This document shows positions 8,356 to 17,794 of a DNA stretch of 64,000 nucleotides, one piece after another (position 1 is the stretch's first letter; every line of letters begins with the position of its first letter). The stretch is taken from positions 485,460 through 549,459 of the forward strand of contig CAVZRM010000001.1 in NCBI GenBank assembly GCA_963777795.1, written 5' to 3'. Source of the stretch: an uncultured Alphaproteobacteria bacterium (GTDB lineage Bacteria > Pseudomonadota > Alphaproteobacteria > Sphingomonadales > Sphingomonadaceae). Made by a program: the position numbers and the translations under genes. The notes beneath the pieces were generated by a model. It saw only the letters and a program-made list of their open reading frames with translations. It did no database searches and was not told where the DNA came from.

Positions 8356-10029
8356 GTGGCGGATTTCGACGAGAGCTTCGATTGGGTCGTGATCGGCAGC
8401 GGCGCGGGCTCGATGAGCTCGGCGCTGATGATGCGCAAGGCCGGCAAGACGGTGGTCATCCTGGAAAAGGGCGAGTGGCTGGGCGGGACCACCTGCAAGT
8501 CGGGCGGGGTGATGTGGATCCCCAACAACCCGTTCATGGACCCGGGCGAGGACAGCACCGAACAGGGCATCACCTATCTCGACGCCGTGGTCGGCGATCC
8601 GGCCGATGCGCCGGGCACCTCGCACGAACGACGGCTGACCTATGTCGTCGAAGCGCCGAAAATGGTGAACTTCCTGCTTGGCGAAGGCGTCGAGCTTGAG
8701 CGCGGCTCGCACTTCTGGCCCGACTATTACGATGAGCTGCCGGGTGGCTGCAAGACCAGCCGCACAGTCACCGCAGTGCCGTTCGACAAGCGCGAACTCG
8801 GCGACTGGGAAGCTAAACTGCGCAAGGGCTTCATCGAAGCGCCGGCGCGGCTCGACGACGGCATGAAGTTTCCCTTCATGAAGCATTCGTGGAAGATCAA
8901 GTGGTCGTTCGCCAAGGTCGCCGCCCGGGTCGTGATGGGCAAGCTGACCGGCAAGCACTGGACGACGGCGGGCGCGGCGCTGCAAGGCCGCATGCTCAAG
9001 GCGGCGCTGGCGGCGGGCGCTGATATCCGCACCCGGACCCCGGTCAAGCATGTCATCATCGAGAATGGCCGCGCGCTGGGCGTCGAGGTCGAGCAAGACG
9101 GCAAGCTGCGCCGCATCGGTGCCAGGCTCGGCGTGCTCAACAACGGCGGCGGCTTCTCGCAGAACCAGCCGATGCGTGACAAGTATCAGCCGGGCACCCG
9201 CGTCGAATGGTCGAACGGCATCGAGACCGACATGGGCGACATGCACGTGGAGATGGAGCGGATCGGCGGCACCCTGGCGCAGATGGACGAATTCGTCGGC
9301 TTTCCGGGCACCTGCCCGCCGGGCTGGGATCAGGGCTATATCAAGCCCGGCATGCAGGGCACCACCGCCAAGCCGCACTGCATCCTCGTCGATCAGGCCG
9401 GACAGCGCTATTTCGACGAGGCCTGTTCCTATGAACTCTATTGCGAGACGATGCTCAAGCACCAGGGCGGGGTGCCCAGCTGGGCGGTGTTCGACGACCA
9501 ACTGCTCACCGGATACGGGGTGGGCGGGATCAAGGTCACCCCCAAGGTCAAGGCGCAGTGGCTCGAATGCGGCTACCTCAAGATGGCCGGCACGGTGGAG
9601 GGACTGGCTGCGCTGATCGCTGTCGATCCGGCGACGCTCAAGGCCACGGTCAATCGCTGGAACGGCTTCGTCGACAAGGGCATGGACGAGGATTTCGGGC
9701 GCGGCCAGCGCGCCTATGGCGACTGGCTGGGTGATCCGTTCTTTCCCGGACCGAGCAAATGCCGGGGCAGGATCGACCGGCAGCCCTACTATGCGGTGCA
9801 AGTCATTCCGGGCGACGTCGGCACCTATGGCGGCGTCGTCACCGATTCCAGCGCGCGGGTGCTCGACAGGGCGGGCAAGCCGATCGAAGGTCTCTATGCC
9901 TGCGGTGTCGCCACCGCCTCGCCGATGGGCCGGGTCTATCCCGGCGCGGGGGCCAGTGTCGGCCCGTCGATGACCTTCGGCTGGATTGCTGCCAGGCATG
10001 CCGCCGGTCTCGGCAACCAGGCGCTTTAG
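8356..10029 (+). CDS. FAD-dependent 3-ketosteroid-delta1-dehydrogenase-like oxidoreductase
   Basis: GSGAGS, GGTTCKSGGVMWIPNN, GDVGTYGGVVTD, GLYACG, YPGAGASVG motifs of the KstD/FAD_binding_2 family. Confidence 0.8.
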   Translation: MADFDESFDWVVIGSGAGSMSSALMMRKAGKTVVILEKGEWLGGTTCKSGGVMWIPNNPFMDPGEDSTEQGITYLDAVVGDPADAPGTSHERRLTYVVEAPKMVNFLLGEGVELERGSHFWPDYYDELPGGCKTSRTVTAVPFDKRELGDWEAKLRKGFIEAPARLDDGMKFPFMKHSWKIKWSFAKVAARVVMGKLTGKHWTTAGAALQGRMLKAALAAGADIRTRTPVKHVIIENGRALGVEVEQDGKLRRIGARLGVLNNGGGFSQNQPMRDKYQPGTRVEWSNGIETDMGDMHVEMERIGGTLAQMDEFVGFPGTCPPGWDQGYIKPGMQGTTAKPHCILVDQAGQRYFDEACSYELYCETMLKHQGGVPSWAVFDDQLLTGYGVGGIKVTPKVKAQWLECGYLKMAGTVEGLAALIAVDPATLKATVNRWNGFVDKGMDEDFGRGQRAYGDWLGDPFFPGPSKCRGRIDRQPYYAVQVIPGDVGTYGGVVTDSSARVLDRAGKPIEGLYACGVATASPMGRVYPGAGASVGPSMTFGWIAARHAAGLGNQAL

Positions 10030-10230
10030 TCACGCTGCACGGACAGTGTCTTCGCATGCACAAGGTCACGTTAGCAATTTGTTGGTATCGCTAGGCTTAC
10101 CGAGGGTTGCTAACCGAGCGGTTTGCACTGGCGTGGTGGAATTCGGTTCATAAACAGCTTGAGCCATGCCGTTTCACTGTGTTAACACCTATGCAAATTG
10201 CCATAGCGTTGAGTGACAGGAGTTTCAAAT

Positions 10231-10653
10231 ATGCGTAAGCCAAACGGGGTAGTTGTATCGATTGCGCTACCCTTGCTATTTTTGGCGACTTCAACGCAAG
10301 CTTCCGTTGGTGGCGCTGTGCAAGGGGCTCCCGGAGTTGGCAGCGCGGTTGGCGAACTCTGTCGAGTTAGGGTGATTCGATCAGCATCTGCGGGTGTGTT
10401 TGATCTCACTCGTGAGGTGCTTAAAAGTGGCAAGTGTGTTTGCCGGGTGACCACTGGACCTCGTAGCCAAGGTGGGGCTGCCGAGTCCGCACTGGCTTCG
10501 TTGTTGTTGGGTCGGTCATGCTCTGACGCTCCACTGGCCGCGTCCTCAGCAGCGGGCAGCGGCGGTTTAGCCCCATTTGCGGCCGGTGGCTTGATTGCTG
10601 GGGGCGCGGGTGCGGGTGCGGCTTTCAGTAGCGAAGGATCAGACAGCCCCTAA
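10231..10653 (+). CDS. Small secreted/membrane hypothetical protein (4 Cys, Gly/Ala-rich C-terminal helix)
   Basis: RBS acaggag, signal-peptide-like N-terminus, followed by a strong terminator. Confidence 0.65.
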   Translation: MRKPNGVVVSIALPLLFLATSTQASVGGAVQGAPGVGSAVGELCRVRVIRSASAGVFDLTREVLKSGKCVCRVTTGPRSQGGAAESALASLLLGRSCSDAPLAASSAAGSGGLAPFAAGGLIAGGAGAGAAFSSEGSDSP

Positions 10654-10683
10654 GGATTCGTCATAGCTGCAGGGGTTGGGGAA

Positions 10684-10708
10684 GGGCGGCTTGGGGGCCG
10701 CCTTTTTT
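10684..10708 (+). terminator. Rho-independent terminator
   Basis: ggcggc-ttgggg-gccgcc hairpin followed by tttttt. Confidence 0.7.
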
Positions 10709-10779
10709 GTATTGTCGCCAATTGCAAATCGAACTAAATAGCTTGAGCTCTTCTTTGATTGAGGTTCAAGAACTGAACG

Positions 10780-11157
10780 ATGTCGATAGCCATCAATGAA
10801 TCGGCGTGCGCGGTAACCCGCCTTGGCCGAATGCCGGAACTAATTGAGCTTCAGAAGGTCCGCCTTTATAATCCCAGGCGCACAGTCGCAGTAGTCAATT
10901 TAGCCACAACGGCAATTGTGGGGATTATTTGCTTTATTTATTCTAGTATTGTTGGAAGGCCACAGTATATTGCGGCGTGGACGGTGGGTATTTGGTGTAT
11001 ATACATTCAGTTTTCAGTACGAAAAAAGTCAAAAAATCGAAATCGGTTGCGTAAACGGCAGCACCGCGAAGATTTTATTGTTGGAGTAATCAGCATTATG
11101 CTATTTTTTTATGTTTCAGGAAGTCAGATATACTATATCATTAAGATATTTGACTGA
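10780..11157 (+). CDS. Hypothetical membrane protein (AT-rich)
   Basis: 125-aa ORF with about three hydrophobic segments; no family recognised. Confidence 0.4.
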   Translation: MSIAINESACAVTRLGRMPELIELQKVRLYNPRRTVAVVNLATTAIVGIICFIYSSIVGRPQYIAAWTVGIWCIYIQFSVRKKSKNRNRLRKRQHREDFIVGVISIMLFFYVSGSQIYYIIKIFD

Positions 11158-11162
11158 GTGGC

Positions 11163-11768
11163 TTAGATCAATTTTTTCTGTATAATCCCATTGGAAAATT
11201 TATTCATTAATTGCCGAGTTTTATCGGTTAAATTTACAAAATACCGACGTCTATCTAGATAATCTGGTGCGCGCTCGATGTATCCCCTGCTTTCGAGAAC
11301 CTGAATCCAACGAAGAGCTGTAGTTGGTGGTACGCAGGAAGCCATGCAGACACTGGTCACCGATATGCTCTTGTGATCCCGCTCAGCTGTCATCAGGTCC
11401 AAAAGAATGTCCCAAGCTGGCTCGCCAAACATTTCCTCTTCCTGGAATATGTTGTCGCGAACCCTTCGTATTTTGTATAATGTATTAGCTAAATTGTTTT
11501 GAATTAATGGGCTGACATGCTCTTGTTGAAATCGCCTGAATTTAAGAACTGGCAATTCCTCATAAATGGAAAACGTCCCTGATGCAGATTCAAATTCGTC
11601 GTTATCAGTGATATTTGCCGAGATGCGTTCGGCAGTCTCGATGAGGACTTGAGCTGCTCGGAGTAGATGGCTTACTAGCCGAGGGGATTCTGGGGCTTCT
11701 TCCGAGATGGACCTAATTTTGTCGAGAGTCGCATTGAGGCTGCTCATCCTTAGGCTCACAGCCTTCAC
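11163..11768 (-). CDS. Winged-helix (MarR-like) DNA-binding protein of the sphingomonad type
   Basis: FGEPAWDILLDL...SISVTSVCMASCVPPTTALRWI...DRRRYFVNLT. Confidence 0.8.
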   Translation of the reverse strand: MKAVSLRMSSLNATLDKIRSISEEAPESPRLVSHLLRAAQVLIETAERISANITDNDEFESASGTFSIYEELPVLKFRRFQQEHVSPLIQNNLANTLYKIRRVRDNIFQEEEMFGEPAWDILLDLMTAERDHKSISVTSVCMASCVPPTTALRWIQVLESRGYIERAPDYLDRRRYFVNLTDKTRQLMNKFSNGIIQKKLI

Positions 11769-12055
11769 TCCTCATTGGACGAATCGATTTCACTAGCCCC
11801 TATATTTCCGTGCTTTTTGAACAATTCCAAGACTAATTTTGTGCGATCCTCGTGAGCTAAATCCATTTCGGATATTTCTTCCTCGGACATCGCTTCGGCG
11901 TTCAAGGCGTCAATCGCTGTGGCAACGTACGCTGCGGCGATTTGATACCCCAAGCGGCTCAGAATGCGCTCGCACATCTGAAGGTGCCAAAGCACGGCTA
12001 GGTTCAATCGACCAACATTGGCTGGCTTTGACCTCATCCATATCGCCCTGCGCAA
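11765..12055 (-). CDS. Hypothetical protein, coupled to the winged-helix gene
   Basis: 4-bp overlap with the downstream gene; helical LSRLGYQIAAAYVATAIDAL. Confidence 0.5.
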   Translation of the reverse strand: MRRAIWMRSKPANVGRLNLAVLWHLQMCERILSRLGYQIAAAYVATAIDALNAEAMSEEEISEMDLAHEDRTKLVLELFKKHGNIGASEIDSSNEE

Positions 12056-12107
12056 ATCGAATATGTGGCACTACCTAGTGCCTGCCAGATTGATAGTCGC
12101 ACCGGCC

Positions 12108-12123
12108 TAAACGCCTGATTAAC
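12108..12123. promoter_or_regulatory. CtrA-like box TAAA-N7-TTAAC
   Basis: One mismatch to TTAA-N7-TTAAC; ~55 bp upstream of the 12055 start. Confidence 0.4.
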
Positions 12124-12392
12124 GGAATATTCGGGATATACGTAAGTGATTTTACGGGCCGTCGGGGCAATTTAAATTTGAGCGACCTGGGTATCCACCG
12201 GTGAGCGGCAAGGCTGCCGCCTGGGTCTCAGTTATTAGCTCCTAGCCAATGAGAACTCCTGCCAGCTGAATCGGCGAACTTTCGCCGACAAAGAGAGGAA
12301 TTTGTGCAAATATACGTATAAGTGACAATCTAAATTATATACAAATTATGTGCAACAACCGCCGCATATCAAAAAAATATGCGGGGTGATCT

Positions 12393-13109
12393 GTGCAAAA
12401 ATTGTCTATAAGATCATCGAATGTACAAATCAATTGCGAAAATATATTGCATAAATGCGCAATTGGATTGCGATTTGTTTCCTTAAGGTGTCTGACGTTC
12501 TTCATTTTTGTCATACTTGGAACAATATGTATTTCGGCGTCAGCTTCGGCTGAGCCTGAAGATAGTCGCGTCGGCCGTTTGGTGGCCAGGCTTGAGGCAG
12601 CTAGTCGCTCCATCTGTGAGGTTTCGGAGATTGACGGAAGCCAACTGGCTTGCAGTGTTGAAGTGGCTGTTGTTGAAAGGCGGGACTATAATGCATGGGC
12701 AAGGAATGGAAAAATTTCCGTTACGAGGCACTTGATTGATAGTTCTTCAGACGATGAAGTTGCTTTTGTAGTAGGACATGAAATGGCGCATGTCATGCTT
12801 AATCACAGAGGAAGTTCTATTGCCAATGAACTGTCTGCGGACTACCTATCGGCCAAAATGATGATCGATTCTGGTTTCGATCCGCGAACAGCGAGAGGCG
12901 TTCTGGATAGAATACAGTCAAAGCGGTTGCTGGGATTTCCCTTTTCCTTGCTTTCGCACCCGTCAAATGGCCGGCGAATGAGGGTGATCATGCAGGCACT
13001 CGAGGAACGCAATTCCTCGGTTGAAATCACCAATGATTTGCACTCAGGCGTTGGAGCAGTCGTTAGCAATGACTTTGCTTCGTTGGGCGAGGCACGATCG
13101 CGAAAATGA
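12393..13109 (+). CDS. M48-family zinc metallopeptidase, secreted (start uncertain)
   Basis: YNAWA, DEVAFVVGHEMAH (HExxH), ELSADY, LSHPSNGRR. Confidence 0.8.
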   Translation: MQKLSIRSSNVQINCENILHKCAIGLRFVSLRCLTFFIFVILGTICISASASAEPEDSRVGRLVARLEAASRSICEVSEIDGSQLACSVEVAVVERRDYNAWARNGKISVTRHLIDSSSDDEVAFVVGHEMAHVMLNHRGSSIANELSADYLSAKMMIDSGFDPRTARGVLDRIQSKRLLGFPFSLLSHPSNGRRMRVIMQALEERNSSVEITNDLHSGVGAVVSNDFASLGEARSRK

Positions 13110-13248
13110 CTATCTTTGCGGAAAGTGGGGTCGCGTCAATTCCGCTGGCTTCTTGACATTTCCGGCTATTTGCGGGTTCTAGCCGCAGCCCGGCCCGCCG
13201 GGGCGACGCGCCTTGCGGCGCGCGGGGGCACGACGAGGTCCAGCCTGC

Positions 13249-14490
13249 ATGCGTCCATCCCTTCGCACCGCCGAGCAAGTCAGGCGCTGCCTGCTCGGCC
13301 TGCTGGCCGGCGATGCGGAGCGGTCGGCCAGGTCCGTCGCCGCGCTCGGCTCCGAGGCGTGGCCGCTGGTGCGGCACATGGCGTGGCAGCATCGGCTCGA
13401 ACCGCTGCTGCATCACCGGACCGGCGAGATCGCCGCGATCCCGGTCGACCTGCGCGCGCACTGGAAGGTTGCACACCGGAGTTCCGCCATGGCGGCGCTG
13501 GCGGCGCAGGCGGCGCTGCTGCGGGCGGGGGCAGTGCTCGATTGCGCGGGGCTGCCCTATGCCGCCCTCAAGGGCGCGCGGCTGGCGTGGCATGCCTATC
13601 CCCACCCCGCGCTGCGGCCGATGCGCGACATCGACATCCTGACCCCGCCCGGCCGGACGCGCGAGGCCTATGACCTGTTGCTGGCCGCCGGGTTCCTGCC
13701 ATCGCCTGGCGCGACCACCCCGCTTGCGGTGGCGGCGGTCCAGCACAAGCATTTGCCGGGCCTGTGTGCGCCGGCGGGCGGTGCGACGGTCGAGGTGCAT
13801 TCGCGGCTGTTCGAACACCTCGATCCAGCGCATGCCGGGGCGCTGTTCGCCGATTCCGGCGCGTTGCTCGGACTGGCGGAGCGGCTCACCGTCGGCGGGC
13901 AGCTGATCGCCTTCCTGCCGCCGACCGAGACCCTGCTGCATCTGATCGTCCACGCGGTTTACGAGCACCGCTTCGATAACGGCCCGCAGGTGTTCGATGA
14001 CCTCGCCGTGCTGATCGCGCATGCGGCGATCGACTGGCCGCAGTTCTGGCGACTGGCGCGCGAGGGCGGCTGGGAGCGCGGCTGCCAGCTGCTGCTGGAA
14101 TTGACCGCGCGGCAACGCGGGCCGCTGGCCGTCACCTGGGATCCCGCGCTGCCGGCGGGACCGGACGAACCGATTCTCGATGCCGCCGCCCTGATGACGC
14201 TGCAGGACACGGACTTGCGCGGCGACCTTGCCGTGCAGGCCCAGCTGGCCGGGCTTGGCAAGGATGCGATCTCGGCAAGCAGGCCGCTCCGCGAGCGGAT
14301 TTTCGCGCCGCGCCATGTCATCGCCGCCCATGCCGGCAAAGAGCCCGGCGCGCCGGGTATCTGGCAGCACTATCCTGCCTGGCTGACCGCGCGGCTGTCG
14401 CGCACGCTCGCAGGTCTGTTCGACCGGCAGCAGCGCGCGGAAGTTGCCCGCGCCGTGGCCGTCGGCAAGTGGCTTGGCGCGGAAGGCTAG
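13249..14490 (+). CDS. Nucleotidyltransferase family protein (NTP_transf_5-like)
   Basis: LKGARLAWHAYPHPALRPMRDIDIL, VEVHSRL, LLHLIVHA. Confidence 0.8.
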   Translation: MRPSLRTAEQVRRCLLGLLAGDAERSARSVAALGSEAWPLVRHMAWQHRLEPLLHHRTGEIAAIPVDLRAHWKVAHRSSAMAALAAQAALLRAGAVLDCAGLPYAALKGARLAWHAYPHPALRPMRDIDILTPPGRTREAYDLLLAAGFLPSPGATTPLAVAAVQHKHLPGLCAPAGGATVEVHSRLFEHLDPAHAGALFADSGALLGLAERLTVGGQLIAFLPPTETLLHLIVHAVYEHRFDNGPQVFDDLAVLIAHAAIDWPQFWRLAREGGWERGCQLLLELTARQRGPLAVTWDPALPAGPDEPILDAAALMTLQDTDLRGDLAVQAQLAGLGKDAISASRPLRERIFAPRHVIAAHAGKEPGAPGIWQHYPAWLTARLSRTLAGLFDRQQRAEVARAVAVGKWLGAEG

Positions 14491-14580
14491 GCGCTGGGCC
14501 GCTTTCGCAACACGCAGTTTTCGCTGCACAAATCTCTTTCTTGGCGTAGGTAGCGGGCTTGCGTGCGAGGAATGGGGGCT

Positions 14581-15603
14581 ATGGATCCGAAACAACCCGT
14601 ATTGGTGACCGGCGGTGCCGGGTACATCGGCAGCCATGCCGTGCTGGCTTTGCGCGATGCCGGCTGGCCGGTCGCGGTGATCGACAACCTGGTCACCGGG
14701 TTTCGCTGGGCGGTGCCCGATGACGTGGCGTTCTATCAGGGCGACATCGAGGATGCCGCACTGCTTGCCCGCATTTTCGACGAACAGGGCATGTCCGGCG
14801 GCTCCGGCGCGATCATGCATTTCGCCGGATCGGTGGTGGTGCCTGAATCAGTCGACGACCCGCTCAAGTATTATCACAACAACACCGCCAAAAGCCGAGC
14901 GCTGATCGCTGCGGCGGTGACGGCGGGAGTACCGCATTTCATTTTCAGCTCGACCGCCGCGACCTATGGCATTCCCGATGTCTCGCCGGTTGCCGAGGAC
15001 TGCCCGCAGCGCCCGATCAACCCCTACGGCATGTCCAAATTGATGACTGAGCACATGCTCGGCGATGTCGCGCGGGCGCATGCCTTCAATTTTTGCGCGC
15101 TGCGCTATTTCAACGTTGCCGGTGCCGATCCGCAGGCGCGCAGCGGCCAGTCGACGGCGGGCGCGACACATCTGCTTAAGGTCGCAGTCGAGGCCGCGCT
15201 CGGCAAGCGCAGCCACGTTGATGTCTTCGGCACTGACTATGACACCCCCGACGGCACCGGCGTGCGCGACTATATCCATGTCTCCGATCTCGCCGCCGCG
15301 CATGTGCTGGCGCTGGAAGCGCTGATCGCCGCGCCGGAGCAGTCGCTGACGATGAATTGCGGCTATGGCCGGGGCTTTTCGGTGCTTGAAGTGCTCGACG
15401 CGGTCGATCGCGCGACCAACGCCGCCATTGAGCGCCGCCTTGGCCCGCGCCGCGCCGGCGATCCCGATGCGTTGATCTCCGACAATTCCCGCATTAGGGC
15501 GACGCTGCCCTGGACCCCGCAGCATGCCGACCTCGGCAAGATCGTCGCCCACGCCCTGGCCTGGGAGCGCCGGCTATCGGAGATACGCGGCGGGTCCGCC
15601 TGA
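14581..15603 (+). CDS. galE: UDP-glucose 4-epimerase
   Basis: TGGAGYIGSH, FSSTAATYG, PINPYGMSK, LRYFNVAGAD, GTGVRDYIHV. Confidence 0.95.
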   Translation: MDPKQPVLVTGGAGYIGSHAVLALRDAGWPVAVIDNLVTGFRWAVPDDVAFYQGDIEDAALLARIFDEQGMSGGSGAIMHFAGSVVVPESVDDPLKYYHNNTAKSRALIAAAVTAGVPHFIFSSTAATYGIPDVSPVAEDCPQRPINPYGMSKLMTEHMLGDVARAHAFNFCALRYFNVAGADPQARSGQSTAGATHLLKVAVEAALGKRSHVDVFGTDYDTPDGTGVRDYIHVSDLAAAHVLALEALIAAPEQSLTMNCGYGRGFSVLEVLDAVDRATNAAIERRLGPRRAGDPDALISDNSRIRATLPWTPQHADLGKIVAHALAWERRLSEIRGGSA

Positions 15604-15634
15604 GGACGCGCCGGAATGCCCGAAATCTCGCTTC

Positions 15635-16567
15635 CTATTTCGCTGCGCGGACGATGGCGCGCTCGGCCAGCGGGCGCATCACGGCATAGCCTGCGCGATT
15701 GGGGTGCAGGCCATCGTTGGCCAGCGCCGAATTGAAGCCGCCGGTGCTGTCGGCGAGCGGCGGGAAATAGTCGAGCCAGATCACCCGCCGTTGTGCCGCG
15801 AGTTGCACCAGTGCGCGGTTGACGGCGGCAATTCGGGGCGAGGGGTCGAAATCCGGTCGCATCGCGAAGCCCTTCGACGGGGTAATGCTGGCGAGAACCA
15901 CGCGAATGTTGTTCGCCTTGGCAATGTCGATCATGGCGCGGATGTTGTTGACAATCGCCTCGTCCGAGGCCGGCCCGGTATTGCCCGAAATGTCGTTGGT
16001 GCCTGCCATGATATGCACCACCCGCGGGCGCAGCGAGACGACATCCTGATAGAAGCGCAGCAGGATCTGCGGGGTGGTCTGCCCGCTGATGCCGCGGTCG
16101 AGCGTCGTGGCGCTGAACTGCGAGGGATCGCCAAGCTTCCAGTTCTCGGTGATCGAATCGCCGATGAAAACCACCCGGGGGCGGATGCCGCTGGCGAGCA
16201 CTTGCGCATTCTCGGCGGCGTAGCGGCACAGGTTGGGCCAGTCCTTCGCCCTGCGGTCCGCTTCTGCTTTCTGAAACTCAGCAATCCGGGCCATGGTCTC
16301 GGGCGGCATACTCCTCATCATTGCGGCGATGTCCATCGCCTTGCCGGGCGCGAGCATCGCCTCGGTGAACTGCGCGAAGCCTCTGGCCATTGCGGGATCG
16401 GCCGGGGTGCAGGCGCTGGCGGGGGCCGTTGCATTCGCCGCCGTGGCCGGAGGCGGCATTCCTTCGGCCAGCGCAGCCTCGGCCTGCACGAGAATGGCGA
16501 ACGCCGCTGCAACGAGCGACCGCGTCGCAATCGAACGGGGAGGCCGCATCGACCAAAATGCCTTCAT
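15635..16567 (-). CDS. Periplasmic SGNH/GDSL esterase
   Basis: Signal peptide, FIGDSITE, RGISGQTT, MAGTND, DGLHPN. Confidence 0.85.
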   Translation of the reverse strand: MKAFWSMRPPRSIATRSLVAAAFAILVQAEAALAEGMPPPATAANATAPASACTPADPAMARGFAQFTEAMLAPGKAMDIAAMMRSMPPETMARIAEFQKAEADRRAKDWPNLCRYAAENAQVLASGIRPRVVFIGDSITENWKLGDPSQFSATTLDRGISGQTTPQILLRFYQDVVSLRPRVVHIMAGTNDISGNTGPASDEAIVNNIRAMIDIAKANNIRVVLASITPSKGFAMRPDFDPSPRIAAVNRALVQLAAQRRVIWLDYFPPLADSTGGFNSALANDGLHPNRAGYAVMRPLAERAIVRAAK

Positions 16568-16624
16568 TTCCTTATCCCTTTCAGTAACTTCCTGAGACGA
16601 TCCCGGCAAGCGGCGCTCTCCCGC

Positions 16625-17092
16625 CTAGAACAGGTAGCGCAATGTGATCGAAGTCTCCATCTGCCCCTCGATCGCCATCATCGCCTCGTCGAATCTGGGG
16701 GCACGCGGCCTGAAGGGGGGGTTGCGCGAGAACCCATAGCCCTCGCGCGGGATGCCCATAAACGTGTCGAGCTTGCCGTTGGCGTTGGCGTCGTGGAACA
16801 CGCCGATAGCGTAGTTGCCTGCCGCCAGCCCGTCGAAGCGAGCCCTGGCCTCGCCTTTGTCGATGGTCAGTGTCGCCGTTCGCGCGGCGTGTGCCTTGCA
16901 GTCGGGAAAGCCCGTATGTGCCGGGCAGATGACAAGCTGGACCACGCCTTTCGAAGACCTGATGCCGTGGACAGAGACCTCCAGCGTCGCCGGCGCAGTC
17001 GGCTCAGCTGCGGCTCCCGGTGCGGCGAGCAAAAGTGCCAAGCCCGTTATCGGTGCCGCAAAGGCGATCCCAGACGCGAAAGTAGAGGCCAT
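16625..17092 (-). CDS. DUF2141 domain protein
   Basis: GNYAIGVFHDANANGKLD...GIPREGYGFSRNP...PRFDEA. Confidence 0.85.
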   Translation of the reverse strand: MASTFASGIAFAAPITGLALLLAAPGAAAEPTAPATLEVSVHGIRSSKGVVQLVICPAHTGFPDCKAHAARTATLTIDKGEARARFDGLAAGNYAIGVFHDANANGKLDTFMGIPREGYGFSRNPPFRPRAPRFDEAMMAIEGQMETSITLRYLF

Positions 17093-17753
17093 AGTTGCAA
17101 TGATACCTGTCGTGATGAAGCTGGTGGTGGGTTGCGGTTATCAGCCAGTTTCCTGCCTTGCCTCGGACCAGCCGCGCCGGAAACAGCTCCCAGCCCATGT
17201 GGTTGGTCACCCCCATTACGGTCATCACCAGCAGCACGGCAAGCACGACACCGACATGGAGTGGAAGCAGGCAGACCAGCGCGGGCACGATAAAGGCCCC
17301 GGTCAGCGCTTCCCAGGGGTGAAAGCTCATCGCCGCCCAGGCAGTCGGCGGGCGGCTGGCGTGGTGCACGGCGTGGAATGGGCCGAACAGCGCCGGGTGG
17401 TGCATCAGGCGATGCGTCCAGTAGAACCAGGCGTCATGGATCAGCAGGCACAGCAGAAAGGAAACCGGCAGCCACCACAGCGGATAGCTGGCCGCATCCT
17501 CGTAGATCCGGGTCCAGCCGCGCTCGCGCCAGCCCCAGGCAACGATCCCTGCGGGCAGGCCATAGACCCCGGCGCTGAGCAGCGACCAGCCGATCTCGCG
17601 GCGCATCTGCGGCCCGAGCCCGGCATGCAGCCCGGGGCGCAACCGTTCGCCCCACCAGGCGAACAGGCCGCTGACCGCGACATAACGCAGGGCGACAATG
17701 CCGATCATGGCGAGGCCAGCCAGAGCCGGCGCAATGAGGTCTGCCGCTTGCAT
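17004..17753 (-). CDS. Sterol-desaturase-family hydroxylase, likely CrtG-type carotenoid 2,2'-hydroxylase
   Basis: His boxes HDAWFYWTHRLMH, HAVHH, HHQLHH, NYGLYF; divergent from crtY. Confidence 0.7.
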   Translation of the reverse strand: MQAADLIAPALAGLAMIGIVALRYVAVSGLFAWWGERLRPGLHAGLGPQMRREIGWSLLSAGVYGLPAGIVAWGWRERGWTRIYEDAASYPLWWLPVSFLLCLLIHDAWFYWTHRLMHHPALFGPFHAVHHASRPPTAWAAMSFHPWEALTGAFIVPALVCLLPLHVGVVLAVLLVMTVMGVTNHMGWELFPARLVRGKAGNWLITATHHQLHHDRYHCNYGLYFRVWDRLCGTDNGLGTFARRTGSRS

Positions 17754-17794
17754 CGGCTTGGTTTAACAGCGGAGGCGCGGTAAGGCGAGCGGGC

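Noticed and set aside
7423-9999. 858-aa minus-strand ORF
   Set aside because: Only 7423-8229 is a real crotonase; the rest is the antisense shadow of the KstD-like gene
13249-14490. Lasso-peptide/RiPP cluster around the nucleotidyltransferase
   Set aside because: No precursor, PqqD/RRE, B protease or asparagine-synthetase-like cyclase recognised nearby
13063-17293. Long Arg/Ala/Gly-rich alternative ORFs (e.g. 13063..14820, 15524..17293)
   Set aside because: Typical high-GC shadow frames overlapping well-supported genes; no motifs
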